From Paraspadella gotoi (taxonomy: Eukaryota; Animalia; Chaetognatha), in contig JBJCIZ010000673.1 of the NCBI GenBank assembly GCA_051294375.1, forward strand, positions 1 to 8,878: 8,878 bases of DNA. The letters run 5' to 3'. The first letter of the stretch is position 1. The number at the start of each line of letters is the position of its first letter. A program made the position numbers and the translations under genes. The notes under the pieces are model-generated. The model had not been told where the DNA came from. It worked only from the letters and a program-made list of their open reading frames with translations, and did not search any database. Below, piece by piece: positions 1 to 7,527 of the stretch.

Positions 1-97
1 AATTATATTAATTATGCTTTTTTGTCAGGATTTCTTTTTCAACCGACAAGCGCGTTAATAAATGACTGTATCGGTATCCATCTTTATTGCCATATGC

Positions 98-206
98 CTC
101 TCTCTCTCTCTCTCTCTTCTCTCTCTCCCTCTCTCTCTCTTTCTCTCTCTTTCTCTCCCTTGTCTTCTTTTATTCATGCTTTCACTAATCACATCGAACT
201 CTCTGT

Positions 207-246
<40 letters not shown>
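98..246. repeat. (CT)n microsatellite cluster, including perfect (TC)18 at 211-246
   Basis: Directly visible. It is interrupted at about 160-200 by a unique segment carrying a branch-point-like CACTAAT. Confidence 0.95.
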
Positions 247-249
<3 letters not shown>

Positions 250-332
250 TCTGAAACTCGACCGCAAGAAAGAGAAGCCACGAATCTTTCTCTCCCAGGA
301 AGATTGCAGTCAAAACGGGGACAGGGAGAAAC

Positions 333-366
333 AGAGAGAGAGGAGAGAGAGACGAGATTGAGAGAG

Positions 367-397
<31 letters not shown>

Positions 398-404
398 GGA
401 GAGA
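333..404. repeat. Imperfect (GA)n microsatellite
   Basis: Directly visible. Confidence 0.95.
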
Positions 405-665
405 AGCATTAGGCTCTTTTCTCCTTTTCTCATTCGCTTCTCGAACAAGCCATATATTCGGTTTCAAAAAATATACCTGAACATAAAATATACAAATTAA
501 AATTACACGTTCCAAAATAAACGGAGAAATGGAAGGAAAAAAGAAAGATAACAATAGAAATACAAAAAATGGAAATAAAAGCCTAAAAAGGATTTTCCGC
601 CCTTTTTTGTTCCAAGAAAAAAAATAAAAGAAACTGAACTCGGAGAAAAATAATGGAAAAATTGG

Positions 666-668
<3 letters not shown>

Positions 669-704
<36 letters not shown>

Positions 705-716
705 AGAGAATGAAGA

Positions 717-751
<35 letters not shown>
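669..751. repeat. Two (GA)n tracts (669-700 and 720-751)
   Basis: Directly visible. Confidence 0.95.
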
Positions 752-754
<3 letters not shown>

Positions 755-1060
755 TTTCGTATTTCCTATTATTTTTTCAAGCAACAAACGCAAAAGTTGG
801 CTACGCGTTTGCTTTTTTTCCTTATCCAAAACTTTTTTAGTCCAATAATCCCTATCAGTGCAGTATCTTCGGTTTGTCAATTGATAACAAATAATAAATA
901 ATTTAATGTACAAAGAAAATAAGTTCATAAATTGGAGAATTTCGCTGTCAGTTTCTTGAGACTAAGTTGACGAACTGGCCTTCGTTTTCTTTCTCTCATT
1001 TCTCTTCCCCCGTCGATTTTCTGTTTGGTCGAGAGAGAAGCCATCTCTCTGCATTGGTCG
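752..1060 (-). pseudogene. Possible coding or pseudogene segment of unknown function
   Basis: ORFs 962..1255(-) and 503..928(-) share a frame and are separated by a single TAG (962-964): ...QTENRRGKRNERKKTKASSST*SQETDSEILQFMNLFSL... A possible 45-nt AT-rich intron (GTACAT at 911 to AG at 867) leads into YCTDRDYWTKKVLDKEKKQTRSQLLRLLLEKIIG. No family recognised. Confidence 0.2.
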
Positions 1061-1560
1061 GGAGAGGAAGAAAAAGGGAGAAAAGCCAAAGAAGACAAGC
1101 AACCACGTCAATTCGTTCCTGCATTTGATATGATTATGTAGACCTTGCCAGAAATTTGAAGTTTGTGATCCAGGCTTAGTAGTAGTGTAAGCGAGCCATT
1201 TGGTCCTTAAAATAAACAGTAAACTTAGCTCTAGTATATTCCCAAAATATAGCAAGCTAAAGGGGAAATAAAGTATTTAAGCATAGATACCCTATGGGGA
1301 AGAGAAAGAGTCTTTTATTAATAAACAAATATACAATGCTTCTAACATAAATTCCTAACCCAATAAGTAAGAACAAAGACCAGAGAGGGATGGACTGCCA
1401 TATTGGGAAGGGCCAACTTCTGCTTCCAAGGTCGGAAGCATAGATATTTCATCCTTGAAGCTTAAATTATAATTGAAATACCTTAGAGTGGGGTTCCAAT
1501 TAAGAATATTATAAGTTAGTTTAATTGATAATTATTATTAATAAATGTCCCAAACTCTCT

Positions 1561-1920
1561 AATCAATTACTACATCAATAAGCTACAACTAATGACAAAG
1601 TAATTCCTGAAATGAGAACATGAAATGACACAGGAACAGAATTTATGACAAGTCATGTCAATTACTGACAATATGCAAATGAGATTGATTAACTCAATTC
1701 ATTCATTGGTTGTATCAAAAGTTTCCTCCATTATAGTCAGGGCTCAAAACGAGCTTTCATACAAGGCCGTGATGGTTTTTACAATATTTCTTTTCTTTTA
1801 ACTTATTGGGGGGATAAATGTGCCAACTTTTTCAAAAAAAGCTTAAAAAACTGAAAAATTTGGGCATTTCTTCTTATCTCGAAGGGCATTAAGATATACT
1901 CAAACGAAACCAGTTTTTAA
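1561..1920 (+). pseudogene. Remnant of a piggyBac-like (DDE_Tnp_1_7-type) transposase, region of the third catalytic Asp
   Basis: Frame +1 reads ...ATTNDKVIPEMRT*NDTGTEFMTSHVNY*QYANEID*LNSFIGCIKSFLHYSQGSKRAFIQGRDGFYNISFLLTY...SLKN*KIWAFLLI. The spacing Y-x7-D-x2-N ... KRAF-x4-D-x5-SFLL aligns without gaps, by eye, to the piggyBac consensus YNxxMGGVDxxDQ...WxKRLFxxxxDxxxxNSYIL. The match is divergent (no GG, no W). Stops at 1579, 1621, 1666, 1690, 1852 and 1918. Confidence 0.45.
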
Positions 1921-2018
1921 TCATTAAAGCGTAAAAAACTATGTACATGTTGGAACCTTACTTGATGAATTAAGTGCATTTTCTATTAAATTGGGATATT
2001 TAATAATTGATTATTTAA

Positions 2019-2453
2019 ACAAGATTTATAACTTATGAGTGAGTCGACTCAGTTTTTTATTTCACTGATTATTTTTTTGCGCATAACAATTTTCGCACAT
2101 TCTGCTCCTTTCTAAACGTGGGGTCTCCGATATTTCCTACCCTTACTTATAGTCGCCGCATTAAGTTCACTCCGCCTTTTATAAGCGTTGACACCTTTCA
2201 GTCTTTACCCGTGGCTCCATTGGAGTTTACATCATCTTTCATGACCATCAGGGTACCGGGTCGATTTCCCAATAAGTACCCTACCCAGCAAGCATGAGAG
2301 ACAGCGAAAACGTCTTGGGGGCGTGGAAAAACCCTCAACCTGGTTCCAAGCCCAGGTGAACCGTTCCATGGCAATAGACTAGTTATAGAAGGGGTTAAAA
2401 GAATTTACGGAAGGCACTCTTTAGCCATTAAGAGCCTTATCTACATACTTTAA
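2019..2453 (+). pseudogene. Decayed 145-codon frame of unknown function
   Basis: Frame +3 of non-repetitive sequence with only two internal stops, both TGA (2040 and 2295): VDSVFYFTDYFFAHNNFRTFCSFLNVGSPIFPTLTYSRRIKFTPPFISVDTFQSLPVAPLEFTSSFMTIRVPGRFPNKYPTQQA*ETAKTSWGRGKTLNLVPSPGEPFHGNRLVIEGVKRIYGRHSLAIKSLIYIL. It is absent from the supplied ORF track. Confidence 0.3.
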
Positions 2454-2672
2454 TTACTATTTATTTAGAAATAAATACTTATTATCTCTCATCCTCAGCT
2501 TCTAATCATTTTCGAACCTCACATCCTGGGAGTCATTCTCATCTGCTCGTCTCTTGACGGATGGCTCATCCGAAAAACTAAGCAAAAAACGATAAAATCA
2601 TGCACTTCGCTTGGGGTAAAGATATAGGGGATGTTGTAAATCTTCCAGAGATAAATTAAGAAAATAAATTAT

Positions 2673-2716
2673 TTGCATCTCTTCTTCACTCACTCACTCA
2701 CTCACTCAGATGCAAT
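2673..2716. repeat. (CTCA)n tract flanked by an 8-bp inverted repeat TTGCATCT/AGATGCAA
   Basis: Directly visible. Confidence 0.7.
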
Positions 2717-2736
2717 TGGGTTTTTTATTCGATCTT

Positions 2737-2771
2737 GGTGCGGGGGACGCCCCCGCGGGGGCGCCCCCACC
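2737..2771. other. GC-rich double-hairpin / palindromic element
   Basis: GGT-[GCGGGGG ACG CCCCCGC]-[GGGGG CG CCCCC]-ACC. It also contains the perfect 16-bp palindrome CGCCCCCGCGGGGGCG (2748-2763). Confidence 0.85.
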
Positions 2772-2867
2772 GGCAATCATTGTTTATACATTTGGAACAA
2801 AAAACATACTATGGTTTTCTTTTTAAACTTGAGTTTATAAGAGATTTTTAAAAAACTATGGAAACAA

Positions 2868-2915
2868 TGAACATACTTAACAAATAACATACTTAATATA
2901 TGAACATACTTAACA
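2868..2915. repeat. Three direct copies of AACATACTTAA (two as TGAACATACTTAACA)
   Basis: Copies at about 2868, 2886 and 2901. Confidence 0.85.
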
Positions 2916-3054
2916 GCCAACAAAAAAAACAAAACAAAACAATGGAAAAAAACGCTTCGAGAGAGGAAAAATAAATCTCCCTGGGAGACTTTGACGCTAA
3001 TATAAAACGCTGGGCCTGGATTTATCGGCGCCGCATCGGATCTTTTCCGGCGCC

Positions 3055-3350
3055 GAGAGACAAAGAGAGAGAGAGAGAGGAGATAGGATGAGAGAGATGA
3101 TGGACGAGAGACCCAGTGAGAGAGAGAGAAGAGAATGCTCAGCTGTTTGTTTACACATCTCAATGAAATATATTTATGCGCTTTAGATTTTTAAAGAGGA
3201 TGTTAGGAGTTGGATAAAAGAACGTGGAAGGAGAGATAGTAGGAGAGGAGGAGAGAAGAGAAGAGAGAAAGGAGAGACGAGAGAGAACGAATAGGATGAG
3301 AGAGAGAGAAGAGAGACGAGATGAGAGACCGAGAGATAGGAGAGGACAGA
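3055..3350. repeat. Imperfect GA-rich tracts (about 3055-3135 and 3226-3350)
   Basis: Directly visible. Confidence 0.9.
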
Positions 3351-3475
3351 ATAATAGACATTTCTACGCCTTAATTAATCTCTTCTCATCCTTTTCTCTT
3401 TTTTTTCTCTCTACCCTATTTCCAGTAGAAGACAGGGAAAATAGTTGGCTTTTTATTATTCAACTTCTGACTTCA

Positions 3476-3569
3476 GCGGCCGCCTCTACCCCGCTGCGCC
3501 GCTTCCCGCCCCGTCCGCCGCCACCGCCTCCACCGCCGCCGCCCGCCCGCGACAGCCGCAGCCGCCGAT
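3476..3569. repeat. GC-rich (CCG)n-like island, possibly a poly-Pro terminal exon
   Basis: Abrupt GC-rich stretch within AT-rich flanks, preceded by CTGAC-TTCAG (branch-point/acceptor-like). The + frame gives AASTPLRRFPPRPPPPPPPPPPARDSRSRRFL* with mixed Pro codons. Confidence 0.7.
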
Positions 3570-3789
3570 TCCTTTAAGGATTCTTGGGCGGGTTTTTTAA
3601 AAATGTCTTCGCCTTCATGATTTCTCTTTTTGTCCCGTCACACGACCGAGTTTCGATTACTTTTTAGTCTGTCGGTCTGTGTAATTTATTTATTAATTTA
3701 AAAAAATTAAAAAATTAAATAAAATTTTAAAAAAAAATTTTGATTTATTTTTAGAGAACCTATGTTTATTATTTTATTATTATTTATTT

Positions 3790-4192
3790 TCTTCTTTTTC
3801 CGCTTCTTTCTTCTCCTTTCCCTTTTCTTTTCCTTTCCGGCTTCTTCTTCTCCTTTTCCGCTTCTCTTCTCCTTTCCGCTTCTTCCCCCTTTTTTTCTTC
3901 CCTCGGGTTTCACTTGTTCAATTATCGCTCAAGGGAATCAATCTCCGAAGCAAATGATGAGAAAAATGAAAAAATAAAATGAAAGAGAAAAAAAAAAGAG
4001 ATAAAAAATAGTTTTGGAACGTTTGTTACTTTTGTGAGAGAGAATGAGAGAGGATGAGAGAGGAGGAGGGATGAGAGAGAGAACGGAGAGGTCGAGAGGA
4101 CGGAGAGAGAAGAGAGAGAGAGAGAGAGACGAGAGAGAGAGAGAGAGAGAGAAGAGGAGAGAAAGAGAGAGAGAGAGAAGAGAGAAGAGAAA
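3790..4192. repeat. Pyrimidine (CTT/TTC-rich) tract at about 3790-3903 and GA tract at about 4035-4192
   Basis: Directly visible. Confidence 0.9.
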
Positions 4193-4283
4193 GTCATAAT
4201 TATTGCATATATTAATTAAGTTGGGATTATAAGCCTGATGAAACTTTTAAGTGCAATGGTCCTTGTCAGAATTATAAATAGCA

Positions 4284-4412
4284 TAATCATCATTATTCTT
4301 CAAATCACATCATCATCTTCAATCTTATTTATGTTCATCGTCAACATCAATTCATCATCTTCATCATTCACTTGATGTTCGTTCGTTCATTATCATCATC
4401 GTCGTCATCATG
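4284..4412. repeat. Degenerate (CAT)n tract
   Basis: Directly visible. Confidence 0.8.
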
Positions 4413-4518
4413 TCATGTTTCGGTCGTCGTTTTTCTTCAATTTCCATTTTTTGACTGACGAATTTCCAACGGAAAGAAAAAGTGATTTTTTTTCCAAAGT
4501 TTGAATATGAGGAAATAG

Positions 4519-4732
4519 AGAGATTATTGGAAAAACGATAAAAGGCTTGTTCAGCAGAAATGTGTCTCTGGTTCTTTCTTTCTTTCTTTCTTTCTTTCTT
4601 CTTTCTTATCTTCTTTCTTATCTTCTTCTCTTCTTCTTCTTTCTCTTCTTTATTTCTCAATCGATCTCAGGCCACTCTGGTGAACCTCAATTTGATTCTT
4701 TTGACTACTCCTGTCTTTCTGTACTGTAACTG

Positions 4733-4768
<36 letters not shown>

Positions 4769-4769
4769 G

Positions 4770-4829
<60 letters not shown>

Positions 4830-5060
4830 CTCAATCTTTCTTCTCACGTTGTTTCCGCGTTTGATTCGAAATTTCGTTCAGATTTTTTTCTTAACATCAG
4901 TCGTCTTTTCTTCGCGAAACTTGAATTTGAAAACCTTAAACCCGTGAACTTTTTGGACTCCTGTTTAACCTCTGTGACCTGTGAACCCTTTGACCGGTTA
5001 ACCTCTGTGGACCATGTAACCTTTGTGACCCTGGAAGAGCAAAACCCTGCATCCAGTTAA
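4519..5060 (+). CDS. Candidate 3' part of a spliced gene, hypothetical protein; exons 4519-4570, 4671-4725 and 4901-5060
   Basis: Putative introns are GTTCTT..(TTTC)n..CTCAG (4571-4670) and GTAACT..(CT)n..CTTAACATCAG (4726-4900). Phases join to give RDYWKNDKRLVQQKCVSGHSGEPQFDSFDYSCLSVLRLFFAKLEFENLKPVNFLDSCLTSVTCEPFDRLTSVDHVTFVTLEEQNPASS*. An alternative frame using the AG at 4880-4881 is also open. No homology recognised. Confidence 0.3.
4572..4845. repeat. (TTTC/TTC)n tract 4572-4657 and (CT)n tract 4733-4845
   Basis: Directly visible. Confidence 0.95.
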
Positions 5061-5415
5061 ATACTGCGTTCGACACCCAACACAACCAAGTCCTCCACAA
5101 CAGAAGCGATGGAAGACAGATGGACAAGATGGGTCAGTGAACAGATAGACAGACAGACAGACGCCACAACAGAAGGAGATGGACACATTGATTCAAATTC
5201 GAAGTGACCTTTCGCTCTCTCGACGATCGCTTTTTTCGATGACTTTGTCCTCTACTTTGTCTTTCCTCTTTGTCCTCTTAATTTGTTCCACTTTTTGATC
5301 TCTTGTTTAATTTTACTCTATTGTCTCTTCTTTGTCCTCTCTCTTGTTTTCATTTTCCTTTGTCGTGTGTCGTGTCAGATTGCTCTGAACGCAAGTCCTC
5401 GCCTATGGGCTGCAA

Positions 5416-5611
5416 TGGCGACCAAACGCTTGGCGCCCAATCCAGATGGGCCCAGAAGGCTGACGACCCAATGGCTGTGTAGCCCAAATCGTTGATGCTT
5501 TACCGGGTGCCTTAATCGCTTGCAATTGCCAATCTTGGCGCCCACTTTCTGACGCCCAATCGTGTGGCGCCCAATCATGGGCGCCCAATCGTGACCCCAA
5601 TCGTGGCCTCT
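5416..5611 (+). repeat. Array of about 11-12 degenerate 14-15 bp direct repeats, consensus TGGCGCCCAATCGT
   Basis: Copies near 5416, 5431, 5447, 5461, 5479, 5507, 5536, 5550, 5565, 5579 and 5593. Conservation is best at the right end. Confidence 0.85.
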
Positions 5612-5699
5612 TCTGGATAAAAGATCCGAAGATGAAAAAGAATTTTGACCTTTAAGTTCGTTTTTCTTGTGGGACCTTGAAGAAAATACATGAGTATGG

Positions 5700-6068
5700 A
5701 GGGAAGAGGAGGAGGAGAGGAGGAGGAAGGAGAAGGGGAGATGAGTGGAAGAGAGGAGAAGGAGTGGAAGGCGTGAGATTCGGAGAGGTTTAGTGGGAGA
5801 AGAGGGAAAACAGGAGGATTGATGATATGATTGATGATGAGATTGATGATGATGATTGATGTGATGATGATGATGGATTGATGATGATGATTGATGAGAT
5901 GATTCAGGGTGATGTGAACGAGCGATTTCATGAAGGACGCATCGACAGTATCGACTAGAGAGAGAGGGAAAAGAGAGAGAGGATGAGAGAGAGAAGAAGA
6001 GGGAAGAGAGAGCTGAGAGAGAGTAGAGAGGAGAGAAGAGAGAGAGGAGAAACTGGAGAGAGATGATC

Positions 6069-6104
<36 letters not shown>

Positions 6105-6140
6105 ACTCTCTCCAAAAGAAGCGTCAACAAAGAGAGCAGA
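5700..6140. repeat. Compound low-complexity block: GGA-rich 5700-5815, (GAT)n 5817-5915, (GA)n 5957-6140
   Basis: Directly visible. Confidence 0.9.
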
Positions 6141-6214
6141 GAGAAAGATTTCTATTTGCAGAAAGAAAATGATAAATTGATTTACCGTGAAAAAGAGCAT
6201 GGCGATCCAGAGGG

Positions 6215-7045
6215 TTGAGGAGAAAAGGGAGGGAAGTGGGAGAGGAGAAGGGGAGGAGAAGAAGAGGAAGAGGAAATAAGAGAGAATTTAAAAGGAGGAG
6301 AGGGAGGAGTAGAGGAGAGATAAGAGAGGAAAGGGAGAGGAGAAAACAAGAGGAGAGGGAGGAGGAAAAAAGAAGGAAGAAGAAAGAGGAGGGGGAAGGT
6401 GAAAAGAGAAAAACAAGAGGAAGAGGGGAGGAAAAAAAGAGAGGAATGAGTAGAAGAGGGAGGGGAAGGCTGAAAGAGAAAACAAGAGGAAGAGTAGGAA
6501 GAAGAAGAGGAGGGGGAAGGTGAAGAGAAAAACAAGAGGAAGCAGGGGGAGGGAGGAAAAGAAGGAAGAAGAGAGGAGGGGGGAAGCGTGGAAAGAGAAA
6601 AAACAAGAGAAGAGGATGGAGGAGGAAAAAGAAGGAAAGAAAGAATGGAAGGGGAAGGTGAAGAGAAAAACAAGAGGAGAGGGGAGGAGGAAAAAGAAGG
6701 AAGAAGAAGAGCGAAGGGGGAAGGTGAAAGAGAAAAACAAGAGGAAAGAGGTAGAAGAAGAAGAGGAGGAGAAGGTGAAAGAGGAAAAACCAAGAGGAAG
6801 ATAGGGAAGAAGAAGAGAGGGGGAAGGTGGAAAGAGAAAAACAAGAGGAAAGGGGGAGGAGTAAAAAGAAGGAAGAAGAAGGGGAGGGGGAAAGTGTGAA
6901 GAGGAAAAACAAGAGGAAGAGGGGGGGGGGAATTAAGAGGTTTAGGAAGAAGAAGAGGAGGGAAAAAGTGGAAGAGAAAAACAAGAAGGAAGAGGGGGAG
7001 GAGGAAAAAAGGAGGAAGAAGAAGAGGAAGGAGAAGGTGAAAAGC
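6215..7045. repeat. Polypurine tract containing an 11-unit minisatellite with core GGAAGGTGAAAGAGAAAAACAAGAGGA
   Basis: The C of AAACAAG recurs at 6347, 6414, 6483, 6533, 6604, 6671, 6738, 6791, 6842, 6910 and 6982. Confidence 0.9.
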
Positions 7046-7046
7046 A

Positions 7047-7215
7047 GAAAAGGCTGGTGAATAAAGGGAGCAAAGTTTTGGTGAATTGAAGGTGGAAAAA
7101 GTCTCGTTAATGAAAGTTGGAAAGTCTGGTGAATAAAAGTGGAAAAATGTCGTGAATGAACATGGGAAAGTTTGGTGACTTTTAGGAGGAAAAGTTTTGG
7201 TGAGATGAAGTTGTG
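7047..7215. repeat. Degenerate 23-25 bp tandem repeat, 7 units, consensus about GGAAAAGTYTGGTGAATRAANGT
   Basis: GT(G/T)A anchors at 7057, 7081, 7106, 7129, 7152, 7175 and 7200. Confidence 0.8.
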
Positions 7216-7334
7216 AACAGAAAAAGAGAAAAAGGAAAGAAATCGATGTTATAATCATTTTAATATGAAAGCTTGTCGACGTCGATTAATTACCGGCGTT
7301 TTTTTTTTTGACATTGGGTTTTATCGACAGAATA

Positions 7335-7446
7335 GGAGAGAGCGAGAGATTGAGAGAGTAGAGAGAGAGAGAGAGAGAGTGATTGACGAGAGAGAGAGAG
7401 AGAGAGAGAGATTAGAGAGAGGGAGAAAGAGGGAGCAGAGAGAAGT

Positions 7447-7510
<64 letters not shown>

Positions 7511-7527
7511 CAAGAGAGAAAGGAGAA
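7335..7527. repeat. (GA)n tracts, including perfect (GA)30 at 7449-7508
   Basis: Directly visible. Confidence 0.95.

Larger units (their letters stand above)
1140..2453 (+). mobile_element. Degenerate transposon-derived block (piggyBac-like candidate; boundaries approximate)
   Basis: Microsatellite-free island with strong CpG depletion over 1141-2040. It contains a stop-interrupted transposase-like frame and a piggyBac-type terminus candidate GAAGGGG|TTAA at 2388-2398. No matching left end was found. Confidence 0.4.

Noticed and set aside
22-928. SLSLSL / RERERE ORFs here and at 3922-4197, 4560-4847, 5375-6130 and 7265-7657
   Set aside because: These are translations of (CT)n/(GA)n microsatellites.
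1164-1520. Possible solo LTR starting TGTGAT, with palindromic TTTATTAATAAA at 1314-1325
   Set aside because: No matching CA end with target duplication, primer-binding site or polypurine tract could be placed.
2230-2300. Minus-strand ACWVGYLLGNRPGTLMVMKDDV resembling tyrosine recombinase box I
   Set aside because: That frame has more stops than the plus frame and looks like its antisense shadow. No HxxR or catalytic Tyr motif follows.
2528-2551. GSHSHLLV as an HUH endonuclease motif near the GC hairpin
   Set aside because: Very short match in a frame with two nearby stops and no other Rep motifs.
3683-3790. A/T-run palindromes
   Set aside because: Ordinary AT-rich low complexity.
4222-4281. 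WDYKPDETFKCNGPCQNYK, reminiscent of a SprT-like CNGPC zinc motif
   Set aside because: Only about 19 codons ending in a stop, with no HExxH or supporting exons.
6330-7045. CRISPR-like repeat/spacer appearance
   Set aside because: Cores are degenerate and non-palindromic, linkers are mutually similar low-complexity purines, the context is eukaryotic and there are no cas genes.
6124-7258. Long ORFs of 286 and 358 aa (minus) and R/E/K/G-rich ORFs (plus)
   Set aside because: They are stop-free only because the strands are nearly pure pyrimidine or purine. Several frames are open at once and unit lengths are not multiples of three.
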